In this document: positions 9,426-17,694 of the stretch, one piece after another | How positions within the stretch are numbered: position 1 is the first letter of the stretch | Layout: every line of letters starts with the position of its first letter | Assembly (NCBI GenBank): GCA_031400935.1 | Contig: JANNQV010000027.1 | Location: forward strand, 248,001-284,299 | Direction: 5' to 3' | Source: Armatimonadota bacterium | GTDB taxonomy: Bacteria; Armatimonadota; Fimbriimonadia; Fimbriimonadales; Fimbriimonadaceae | Length of the DNA stretch: 36,299 nt | Made by a program: the position numbers and the translations under genes | Notes under the pieces: model-generated | The model's database searches: none | The model's input: the letters and a program-made list of their open reading frames with translations, nothing else | What the model was told of the DNA's origin: nothing

Positions 9426-9523
9426 GGGGCTCGGGTATAGGGTGTGGGGTAAAGGGTAGTGGGAATAATTTGTAACAGCAGTTATTATGATGGATACATC
9501 GGAACCCCAAACCCCTTACCCTA
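9426..9523. repeat. GGGTNNN heptamer array with complementary CCC arm (imperfect inverted repeat)
   Basis: GGGGCTC GGGTATA GGGTGTG GGGTAAA GGGTAGT GGG (9426-9463); AACCCCAAACCCCTTACCCTA (9503-9523). Confidence 0.8.
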
Positions 9524-9904
9524 CTTCCCGAAATCCTTCATCTTCGAGCCGACCTGCATTGCCTGGAAATTATTGCCTTCTGGGTCAACGAAATCGAGAA
9601 CGACGCCACTAGGGGTTTGGTGATATTCGCCGCGAACATGATCGCCTGCGGACTCCAGAATCTGCCGCAACCCCGCCAGATCTTCTATTGCCACACCAAT
9701 AACCGCATTCTTAAATGGGATTACTGCCGGTGTTTCGTTTCCTTCAAAAACGGGATGAATTCCTAAGCGAATAGTGCCAAGTTTGAAGTCGCTCCAATAG
9801 GGACTCGTGTATCCAGGTACTAATTTGAGAACATCGCGATAAAACGCAACGCTACGATCCATGTTTGTTGTTTGGACGATGAGAGTGTGAGGGCCGAGGA
9901 TCAT
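9521..9904 (-). CDS. VOC/glyoxalase family protein
   Basis: NMDRSVAFYRDVL and FVDPEGN motifs. Confidence 0.88.
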   Translation of the reverse strand: MILGPHTLIVQTTNMDRSVAFYRDVLKLVPGYTSPYWSDFKLGTIRLGIHPVFEGNETPAVIPFKNAVIGVAIEDLAGLRQILESAGDHVRGEYHQTPSGVVLDFVDPEGNNFQAMQVGSKMKDFGK

Positions 9905-9923
9905 GGGTGAAGGTAATTAGGTC

Positions 9924-10050
9924 ATTGCGGATTTTGGATTTTGGATTGGGGATTGTGACGAACGGCAGATCAGAACCAATTGATTCAAGGCCCAACCAAA
10001 TTAAACTTCATGTCTTTGAAATCCGCAATCCAAAATCCACAATCCAAAAT
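9924..10050. repeat. ATTTTGG heptamer array with inverted AATCCAA array
   Basis: ATTGCGG ATTTTGG ATTTTGG ATTGGGG ATT (9924-9954) versus AATCCGC AATCCAA AATCCAC AATCCAA AAT (10020-10050). Confidence 0.9.
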
Positions 10051-10053
10051 GGA

Positions 10054-10851
10054 TCAGCTTCCCGGATTCACGCTTTTCTCTAGCTCAGCAAGTTGCGACT
10101 CGATTTCTGATGGAGGCGCAGCATCTGCAATGGGCGCGCCACCTTCTCCAACGTGGACAACTTGATCTTCGGTAGCCGCCGGAGCAGTCACGCCGCCAGC
10201 GAGTCGTTCTTCCAGCTTCTTAAGCTCTTCTTCAGCTTCGTAGTCCATGGCTTTGTCTTCCATTGCCATGACCTTTCCCTGGATGCTTTCGGTATACATT
10301 TCGTTTCGAGCAGAAACTTCTGCTTGCGCGGTTTTTATGCGCTCTGCTGCGGCCCCAAATGACTCGAATTGATTTTCAAAAGTAAGTCCTTCGAGAGCCT
10401 TCGTAATGCTGTTTTGAATCTGCGCTTGCTTCCATTGCGCCTTCATGGCAAGAGCTTCTGCGGTCTTCTTTCGAACCTCTTCTTCTTGACGTTTGATGGC
10501 AACTTTTACAGCTTCGACTGCTTGGGCAGCTTGATCATACGAGCCTTGAAGCGTAGCGATGATCTGATCATTGGTCATCTTCTCGCGCAAGAATTGTCGA
10601 GCTAAATCGCGATTCTCTTGCTTTAGAGCTGTTGTGGCTTGTTGTTCGTACTGAGCCGACTTCTTTTTTGTGTCCGCCAACATCTGCTCGAGTCTGTTCT
10701 TTTGCGTGATCGCTTGAACTGCTTTTTCACGATTTGCAACAAGCGTTTCCTGCATGTCGCGACGTGCCTGATCCAGCATAATGTCTGGATCTTCAACCTT
10801 ATCCATAAAGCGGTTGAAAAGTCCTTTTATCCAATTGAAAAATCTGCCCAT
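10054..10851 (-). CDS. pspA: PspA/IM30 family protein
   Basis: Amphipathic N-terminus, DKVEDPDIMLDQA, DLARQFL and a long coiled coil; GGAG SD and TATAAT upstream. Confidence 0.9.
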   Translation of the reverse strand: MGRFFNWIKGLFNRFMDKVEDPDIMLDQARRDMQETLVANREKAVQAITQKNRLEQMLADTKKKSAQYEQQATTALKQENRDLARQFLREKMTNDQIIATLQGSYDQAAQAVEAVKVAIKRQEEEVRKKTAEALAMKAQWKQAQIQNSITKALEGLTFENQFESFGAAAERIKTAQAEVSARNEMYTESIQGKVMAMEDKAMDYEAEEELKKLEERLAGGVTAPAATEDQVVHVGEGGAPIADAAPPSEIESQLAELEKSVNPGS

Positions 10852-11044
10852 TCGTTCTCCAGAATACGTTCCTACAAATTATACACGAGCGCCGAATTTC
10901 CCTTCCTTTTGGCGCGATTCCAGGGTGATTCAACGCGATCGGGTACTTGCAGGTTGCAAAAATGGGTCTTGACTGCTAAAAACGCATGCAATCTTACTGA
11001 AAGAAAACCGGATTCCTTCCGAGAATTGTGATAGAGAAACCCCT

Positions 11045-11839
11045 ATGTCAGCAGTTCCAGCACCCCAATTCACCGTCGAGCTTCAGTTAAACGACGGAAC
11101 AACACTTGTAAATGCGAGCGATGGCAATCGGTGGATTCGCCCGCCGTACACCTACTCGGGCGACGGGTACACGACCCATCACAATGCTTCTTGCTTGCAA
11201 GAAGAGAAATTTGTCGAGGCGTACCAAAAAGGAATGAATTCGGGTCACAAGATTGCTGGCGGAGGAGATATCCACCTCGAATGGCGGGTGTATCAGTACT
11301 GCTGGGCAGGATTCCACGCCATGCATTTGGAAGGCGATTTTGTGGAATGCGGCGTAAACACAGGAATTTGTTCACTAGCAGTAATGCACTACACGAATTT
11401 TGTGAAGTCCGAAAAGAAATTCTTCCTCTTTGATACTTTTGAAGGAATTCCAATGGATCAGTTTACAAAAGAAGAAATTGACATTGGAATTGATCAGGTA
11501 CATGCAGAATCCTACGAAGATATCTGGAGCCTAGTTCAGCGTAACTTTGCGCCATATCCAAATGCAAAATTAGTCCGTGGTCGTGTTCCTGAATCGCTGC
11601 AAACTGTCAACATCGATAAAGTTGCTTACCTTGCGATTGACATGAATGCCGTAGTTCCAGAAATCGCTGCCGCCGAGCACTTCTGGGAGAAAATGGTACC
11701 AGGTGCTGTAATGGTTCTAGACGATTACGGATGGCTTCACCATGTTCACCAAAAGACCGCCTTTGACAAGTTTGCCGCCGAGCGAGCCGTGAAGATTTTC
11801 AACATGCCGACCGGACAGGGGATGTTGATTAAACCGTGA
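11045..11839 (+). CDS. TylF/MycF/NovP-like O-methyltransferase
   Basis: EGDFVECGVNTG, LFDTFEG, LAIDMN and LDDYGW. Confidence 0.88.
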   Translation: MSAVPAPQFTVELQLNDGTTLVNASDGNRWIRPPYTYSGDGYTTHHNASCLQEEKFVEAYQKGMNSGHKIAGGGDIHLEWRVYQYCWAGFHAMHLEGDFVECGVNTGICSLAVMHYTNFVKSEKKFFLFDTFEGIPMDQFTKEEIDIGIDQVHAESYEDIWSLVQRNFAPYPNAKLVRGRVPESLQTVNIDKVAYLAIDMNAVVPEIAAAEHFWEKMVPGAVMVLDDYGWLHHVHQKTAFDKFAAERAVKIFNMPTGQGMLIKP

Positions 11840-11853
11840 TCTGGCGAGGTGTT

Positions 11854-11939
11854 GAGGGGGATTGCTAGGAGTAGCTGTGGGTTACTAAAAAGGCGAGACA
11901 ATTCCCAGCTATTCCAAGCCATTCCTATCAATTCCCAGC
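11854..11939. repeat. Decamer tandem array (AATTCCCAGC-like) with degenerate inverted arm, between convergent genes
   Basis: AATTCCCAGC TATTCCAAGC CATTCCTATC AATTCCCAGC (11900-11939); left arm GAGGGGGATT GCTAGGAGTA GCTGTGGGTT (11854-11883). Confidence 0.65.
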
Positions 11940-11949
11940 AAAATCAAAG

Positions 11950-13248
11950 CTACATACATCCAATAATGTTGTCGCCAAATTCCGAGCATTTTATTTCGGT
12001 CGCACCAGGCATCAGTCGAGCGAAATCGTAGGTCACTCGCTTCGAAGCAATTGCCCCTTCAACGCCCTTCACAATCAAGTCAGCCGCTTCGTCCCACTTC
12101 AAATAGCGGAACATCATTTCGCCGCTCAGGATCATGGAACAGGGATTTACCTTATCAAGTCCAGCGTACTTGGGAGCCGTGCCGTGTGTTGCTTCAAAGA
12201 TTGCATGGCCGGAAATGTAGTTCATGTTTCCGCCCGGAGCAATGCCGATTCCTCCTACCTGCGCCGCAAGGGCATCGCTTACGTAGTCGCCATTTAGGTT
12301 CAAAGTTGCTATTACGTCATATTCTTTCGGCCTTAGCAAGATTTGCTGAAGAAACGCGTCAGCGATCGCATCCTTGATGACAATTCCGGCGCCAGGTTTG
12401 CCTTCTGGGATCACATGCCAAGGGCCGCCATCGAGTTCAACGGCGCCAAAGAAGTCTCGTGCCACATCGTAAGCCCAATCCCGAAATCCACCTTCGGTAA
12501 ATTTCATGATATTGCCCTTATGGACAATTGTTAGGCTTTTTCGATTGTTCTGAATCGCCCAACTGATTGCGCTGTGAACCAGCCTTTCTGTGCCTAATCG
12601 GCTAACAGGTTTGATGCCAATGCCAACTTCAACCGCCATTTCTCTTTTTGGCGCACCTATGGCTTCGAGTTGGGAAAGCCAAGCATCAGTTTTCGCTTGC
12701 GTTCCAAATCTGATTTTCTCAAACTCTTTTGGAAAGTTGGTAGCAAGTAGATCGAGTATCTTCTGAGACTGCTCGCTCCCTCCAGCCCATTCGATTCCGG
12801 CGTAGATGTCTTCCGTATTTTCGCGGAAAATTACCATGTCTACCGCACTCGGATCAGAAACCGGAGAAGGAACTCCTTGAAACCATCGAACCGGACGCAA
12901 ACAAACGAAAAGATCAAGAATTTGGCGCAAAGCTACATTTAACGAACGAATTCCACCACCTACAGGAGTGGTTAGGGGGCCCTTGATGCCGACTAGATAG
13001 GTGTTGAATGCTTCTAACGTCTCGTCGGGAAGCCAATTTCCAGTTTGGTTGAAGGCCTTTTCGCCTGCCAAGACTTCCTTCCATTCAATCTTGCGTTCAC
13101 TGTTGTATGCTTTTGCTACTGCTGCATCCAGAACTCCAACGGTGGAAGCCCAAATGTCGGGTCCAGTGCCGTCGCCTTCGATGAAAGGAAGAACAGGATC
13201 GTTCGGAACTTGAAGCCCTTGCGGGGTCATTTTGATGGCAGTGCCCAT
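11950..13248 (-). CDS. icd: NADP-dependent isocitrate dehydrogenase (homodimeric type)
   Basis: [58 protein letters not shown] and VTYDFAR. Confidence 0.97.
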   Translation of the reverse strand: MGTAIKMTPQGLQVPNDPVLPFIEGDGTGPDIWASTVGVLDAAVAKAYNSERKIEWKEVLAGEKAFNQTGNWLPDETLEAFNTYLVGIKGPLTTPVGGGIRSLNVALRQILDLFVCLRPVRWFQGVPSPVSDPSAVDMVIFRENTEDIYAGIEWAGGSEQSQKILDLLATNFPKEFEKIRFGTQAKTDAWLSQLEAIGAPKREMAVEVGIGIKPVSRLGTERLVHSAISWAIQNNRKSLTIVHKGNIMKFTEGGFRDWAYDVARDFFGAVELDGGPWHVIPEGKPGAGIVIKDAIADAFLQQILLRPKEYDVIATLNLNGDYVSDALAAQVGGIGIAPGGNMNYISGHAIFEATHGTAPKYAGLDKVNPCSMILSGEMMFRYLKWDEAADLIVKGVEGAIASKRVTYDFARLMPGATEIKCSEFGDNIIGCM

Positions 13249-13407
13249 AGCTAAGAGGATACCGGAAGGGAGGTTTTGTTCGGGTTGGTTCGGTTTGGCT
13301 GGAGATTGTTCTGATTTAAGTGGTCTTGGCGAATCCGAAATAGGATGAACAGTTTCTCAATGGACGGGATGTATCTTTTTGAGAAGAAGTGCGTTAGAAT
13401 GCACTTC

Positions 13408-13986
13408 ATGCCCCAAGATGAAAATGATCAGAAACCAGAAGAGTTAAAGGAATTTGAGAATCTTTCGGGTGAAACTGGCTCCGAATACTATTATCGTGGC
13501 TCTGGTGCAAGAGGCGCAAACTATGGCTCATCTGACAAATTGCAGGCTCTATCCGACGGCTACTTTGGCATGAATTGGGTTTTTCTAGCGAATGTGGTAA
13601 TTGTTGTTGCATCTCGGGTTGGAGGTGCGTTACTGATTGGACCTGATGAGTCAAGCATTGATCCGGCGACAGCTTTAGTCTTCTTTTTTGGAACATTTGC
13701 AGTATTGTTTTTGGTCGTCAGCATAGCGACATTTCCATTTAACAAGAAAATTGGCGTCGGCAGGGGCTGGTCGCCGTTCGGTGCGGTTTTCGCGTCGTTC
13801 CTATTGGGATTGAACTCTGCTTTATGTTGCGGCGTCATTGGCTATGTCGTCATGCAAATGATAGCCTCGACTGAAATGAAGAAATATGGAATCAAGACGA
13901 CTTTCTTTGGACTGAAAAAGAAGGTCATTAAAGCCCGAATTGACGAGATTCGCCAATTTGAGGCATCACTAGCCAGGCAAACCTAA
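13408..13986 (+). CDS. Hypothetical membrane protein (3-4 TM helices)
   Basis: Long ORF with hydrophobic segments; TAGAAT 7 nt before ATG 13408 supports this start. Confidence 0.7.
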   Translation: MPQDENDQKPEELKEFENLSGETGSEYYYRGSGARGANYGSSDKLQALSDGYFGMNWVFLANVVIVVASRVGGALLIGPDESSIDPATALVFFFGTFAVLFLVVSIATFPFNKKIGVGRGWSPFGAVFASFLLGLNSALCCGVIGYVVMQMIASTEMKKYGIKTTFFGLKKKVIKARIDEIRQFEASLARQT

Positions 13987-14034
13987 GTTTTCTTTCAAAT
14001 TCGCACGATTCGCAACACAATTTCCGTCTTTTTG

Positions 14035-14102
14035 TTGTGTTCTGCGAAAAACTTTCGTATAATGGTGACTAGGGTTAGAATCCCATTCTTGGCGTCAGGA
14101 GG
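14035..14102 (+). promoter_or_regulatory. Promoter TTGTGT-N17-TATAAT and AGGAGG ribosome-binding site
   Basis: TTGTGT at 14035-14040, TATAAT at 14058-14063, AGGAGG at 14097-14102 before GTG 14107. Confidence 0.65.
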
Positions 14103-14106
14103 ATCA

Positions 14107-15711
14107 GTGAAATTTATAAACAAATGGCTCAGTTTTGGCAAAGGTCTTGCCGTTTTTGGTTTGGTTTGCGCGATTGGTAACGTTTCTGCGCAATTTGCAT
14201 CTCAGAATTGCTCTCTCTATGCAAACCTGGACCTTGCATTTTTCGGTTCTGCGAACGGCAATGACTGTTGGGGGTACGTATCTCCAAGCGGCCGCGAATA
14301 CGCGATCATGGGACTCAATAACCAGGTCGCGTTCGTTGACATCACGGTACCTGCGAGCCCAGTAGTCGTTGCAACAATTCCGCATGCAGCCAACCTTTGG
14401 GGCGGCATAAAGGTATATCAGAATTATTGCTATGCAGTAACTGAGCAAGCAGGCACTGGCATTCAAGTGATTGACATGTCCCTCATTGATACTGGAGTTG
14501 TCACACTTGTCCGAACCATCCCTTCTCCTGGTAGAACCCACACGCTTACGTGTAATCCCGTCAGCGGCTTTCTTTACACGTGCGGCTCACGGGATGGTAC
14601 GGGCACTTCAATGTGTTTTAGTTTGGCCGATCCGTCCAACCCTGTTCAAGTTGGAATACCAACCATTACGACAAACTATCAGCACGAATCCACCTGCGTG
14701 ACTTACACTTCGGGCCCATACGCTGGCAAACAGATTTGGTTCGGGTTCAGCGAAAGTCGGGGAGTTGACGTTTACGACGTGACGAACAAGGCGGCACCGA
14801 TCTTTCTCAAGCGAATCACATATCCAAACATTGGCTACTGCCACCAGGGTTGGCTCAGCGAAGACCGCAAGTATCTTTATGTAGATGACGAGTTTGACGA
14901 ATCGAACTTAAACGTTCCAACCAGATCGCTGATTTTTAATGTTGAAGACCCTGCAAATGGTTTCTTTGTGGGCACTTTTAGCACTGGGGAAGCTGCAATT
15001 GACCACAACCAATATGTTCGGGATGGATTCCTATTTCAAGCCAACTATAGAAGCGGTCTTCGAATTTTTGAACAAGCTCTATCTCCAGAGGCACCGTATC
15101 AAACGGGCTTTTTTGATACATACCCCGCAAACAATTTGCGAGGATACGATGGTGCCTGGAGCAACTATTGCTTCTTTCCAAGTGGCACATCCATTGTCAG
15201 CGATATCAATCGTGGCTTGTTTGTGGTCAACGTTCTTGATGCGACGACTCGAAAACTGGCACCACAGGGATTTTCAACAACATCTGCCCGAGTCGTATCG
15301 GGCGCTCTTGGTGACCTTGGGACCAGCAACGATTCTCGATTAATTCTGAGCTCGAAGTCGGCTCTTGCTTCCGTAAAGTTTCCATTGCATTTGGAGGTGA
15401 CGAGAACGGCAGTTGACACGGATCCCGCTCGAATTCGCATCGCCGTCGAGGCAAATGGAGTCAGAAACGCTTCAACTAGCCAGCGGGTTGAATTGTTCGA
15501 TTGGGTTGCAGGGCAATATGTGATCGTCAACGAAGGGACAATCCGCAGGACTGACACCGTTCTGACTTCTGATTGGCTTGCAAATCCTTCGCGGTTTGTG
15601 AGTGCTGCAACTAAGGAAGTTCGCTCACGGATCAGTTGGAATACCAATGCAATGGGGAACTATGGGATGTCGGTCGCGATTGACCAAGTTCGTTTCGACA
15701 TTACGCAGTAA
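14107..15711 (+). CDS. Choice-of-anchor B family secreted protein (LVIVD-type propeller) with extra C-terminal domain
   Basis: Signal peptide; GNDCWGY, REYAIMG, YCHQGW, DDEFDE, IDHNQY, ANYRSGL and GAWSNY. Confidence 0.88.
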   Translation: MKFINKWLSFGKGLAVFGLVCAIGNVSAQFASQNCSLYANLDLAFFGSANGNDCWGYVSPSGREYAIMGLNNQVAFVDITVPASPVVVATIPHAANLWGGIKVYQNYCYAVTEQAGTGIQVIDMSLIDTGVVTLVRTIPSPGRTHTLTCNPVSGFLYTCGSRDGTGTSMCFSLADPSNPVQVGIPTITTNYQHESTCVTYTSGPYAGKQIWFGFSESRGVDVYDVTNKAAPIFLKRITYPNIGYCHQGWLSEDRKYLYVDDEFDESNLNVPTRSLIFNVEDPANGFFVGTFSTGEAAIDHNQYVRDGFLFQANYRSGLRIFEQALSPEAPYQTGFFDTYPANNLRGYDGAWSNYCFFPSGTSIVSDINRGLFVVNVLDATTRKLAPQGFSTTSARVVSGALGDLGTSNDSRLILSSKSALASVKFPLHLEVTRTAVDTDPARIRIAVEANGVRNASTSQRVELFDWVAGQYVIVNEGTIRRTDTVLTSDWLANPSRFVSAATKEVRSRISWNTNAMGNYGMSVAIDQVRFDITQ

Positions 15712-15727
15712 TCAGGCGCCCGCTAAA

Positions 15728-16927
15728 CTACGGAGGGGCGATGAGCACATGCATTTTGCAAAGTTCATCGCCCAATTTTTTGCCAGATCTGACTAGGGTT
15801 GGCACCTTGCCTTCGTTGATTGAACAACGCTCATCGTTGTTATAGCTAAAAGTAGCTGTCAGTCTTGTGTTTGGACTTAACCCTATTGGAGCTTGAGGAG
15901 CGAAGTTTCCCACCCAATATGGATTCCATGCCATCGTCTCGAAAACACGTTTTGTTCTATTGTCAATATCTGCCTTCAATTGAATTTTTGAACAATAGAA
16001 CCTCGCCTCAGGCAAGACAGCAAATATCCTGACAGGCTTCTCCAAAGTAGTTTGCATTGAAAGGGAAATTGCCTCGTTAGCCGGAATCTCAAATTCCTCT
16101 TTCGACATAGTGATCCATTTAGCTTGCTTCTTTTGTGGTGAACTTGCAAAATACAGCCCAAGCTTCATTCCTGACGCCGCCTTTCTGCCGATCGGCTGGA
16201 AATGGGCTTGAACAACGAACCGAGCACCCTTAGGAATTCGAAGCCCGACGTCGCGAGGCAAAACCCACGATTTGTATCCCGGTGCCCAAGCACCAATCAG
16301 CTTCGCTCCAAATTGTGTGACGCTTCCAAACGATTCGGAGATTTTGGGCGCTTGTTTCGATGTTCCGGGTTCTAGATAAGCTAGTGTCACGCTTTGAAGT
16401 GCCTGACGATCCTCCGGTACGATGTCAAACGCTCTTAAATCTCCATAGAATCCAGGATCGAGGATTGTTGTCATCCAGTAACGAGCCCCTTCCTTTCGGA
16501 CAGAAGAGTTCGGAGTGATTGAATACAATTTTGTCGGTTTGCCAAGGTTCCATTCCAGAATGGGTGCAGTTGGACGATCCTCGCCTTCGCCTCTGGGCAT
16601 TCCAGCCTGCATCCACTTTTGAAGGTCAACAAGTTCGCTATCGGTCATTTTCGCGGACTTGGAAAGGTTTCCAAAATCGGATTCGCCCAAGCTTGGCGGC
16701 ATCGTGAAGGTCATTGCTTTGACTCGAACTAGTTCAGAATGTCTTTTCACTTGCTCGTATGATGCGAGGGAAAAAGGTGCACTTCGTCCTGGAGCGTGGC
16801 AAGGCAGGCATTTTGCTCGGATAACAGGTTCGATGGACTGAAAATATGTGCGCGGAAGCGGAGTCTGAATTCCCAGCTTCGCTGTGCTTGCTGTGCTCAA
16901 GAACGCGAGAGCAATAAACTGAACCAT
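15728..16927 (-). CDS. Exported cytochrome c / copper type II monooxygenase-fold protein (degenerate Cu site)
   Basis: CLPCH heme motif, APFSL, MPP, GAWAPG, QAHF, GLYF and GDELC. Confidence 0.78.
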   Translation of the reverse strand: MVQFIALAFLSTASTAKLGIQTPLPRTYFQSIEPVIRAKCLPCHAPGRSAPFSLASYEQVKRHSELVRVKAMTFTMPPSLGESDFGNLSKSAKMTDSELVDLQKWMQAGMPRGEGEDRPTAPILEWNLGKPTKLYSITPNSSVRKEGARYWMTTILDPGFYGDLRAFDIVPEDRQALQSVTLAYLEPGTSKQAPKISESFGSVTQFGAKLIGAWAPGYKSWVLPRDVGLRIPKGARFVVQAHFQPIGRKAASGMKLGLYFASSPQKKQAKWITMSKEEFEIPANEAISLSMQTTLEKPVRIFAVLPEARFYCSKIQLKADIDNRTKRVFETMAWNPYWVGNFAPQAPIGLSPNTRLTATFSYNNDERCSINEGKVPTLVRSGKKLGDELCKMHVLIAPP

Positions 16928-16995
16928 GACTCATATAGTCTACCGCTGGATTTTTCATGGAACCTAGAACTTCATGAGAAGCGTCCAATAACTCG

Positions 16996-17562
16996 ATGCT
17001 TGCTACTGCTATGGCTTTCGGATGGCTTTGCCTCGGTTTCCAAGAATCGAATTGGCCTAAAGAGACGATTCGATTGAAAGGATCTTTAACGGTGTCTGGA
17101 AAATTTCTTGTTGCAGAACCTGTTTCGAAGCGAGGAACTGTTTTGATTTTTGTAGGTACGGAATGTCCTATTGCAAATCGCTATGCACCAGAAATCAAGA
17201 GAATTTCAGGAGAGTACGAAAAGAAAGGTTTCGCGTTTTTCAGAGTCTACATAGAACCAATTGAAAACGCAAAACTTGTTGCAGATCACACAAAAGCCTA
17301 TAGTTATTTAATGCCAGCATTACTTGATCCTGACAAGAGATTAGTTCGCGCCACGGGAGTAAGGGTCACTCCTGAGGCTATTGTTTTGGATCTTTCGGGG
17401 AAGCTCTTGTATCGTGGCCGAATTGATGACCAGAACATCGAGCATGGAAAAATTCGGCCAAATTATCGGCGCGATCTACGGATTGCTCTCAACGAAATCT
17501 TGGCAGGAAAGGCTGTGAGTATTCGGTCAGCTGCAGCTGTTGGGTGTTTTATTGGGAAATGA
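16996..17562 (+). CDS. Exported redoxin (AhpC/TSA, thioredoxin-like) protein
   Basis: TECPIANRY, VTPEA, YRGRIDDQ and C-terminal GCFI. Confidence 0.85.
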   Translation: MLATAMAFGWLCLGFQESNWPKETIRLKGSLTVSGKFLVAEPVSKRGTVLIFVGTECPIANRYAPEIKRISGEYEKKGFAFFRVYIEPIENAKLVADHTKAYSYLMPALLDPDKRLVRATGVRVTPEAIVLDLSGKLLYRGRIDDQNIEHGKIRPNYRRDLRIALNEILAGKAVSIRSAAAVGCFIGK

Positions 17563-17564
17563 GC

Positions 17565-17692
17565 GGGTTTAGGGTATGGGGTTTAGGCATAGTCAAGAGC
17601 AGTGGGTTGGGTTCAATTTTGGATTTCGGATTTTGGATTTTAGACAGATTCGACATAACTGATCCCATACCCCAAACCCTAATCCCCCAATC
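17565..17692. repeat. Nested repeat element: GGGTTTA arm, ATTTTGG array, CCC arm
   Basis: GGGTTTA GGGTATG GGGTTTA GG (17565-17587); ATTTTGG ATTTCGG ATTTTGG ATTTTAG (17616-17643); CCCATAC CCCAAAC CCTAATC CCCC (from 17664). Confidence 0.88.
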
Positions 17693-17694
17693 AC

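Noticed and set aside
9924..10050. Tandem arrays as CRISPR repeats
   Set aside because: Units are 7-10 nt and contiguous, with no unique spacers and no cas genes in the window.
15716..15741. Intrinsic terminator between the choice-of-anchor and cytochrome c genes
   Set aside because: Only a 5-bp stem (CGCCC/GGGCG) with a long loop and no U-tract, overlapping coding sequence.
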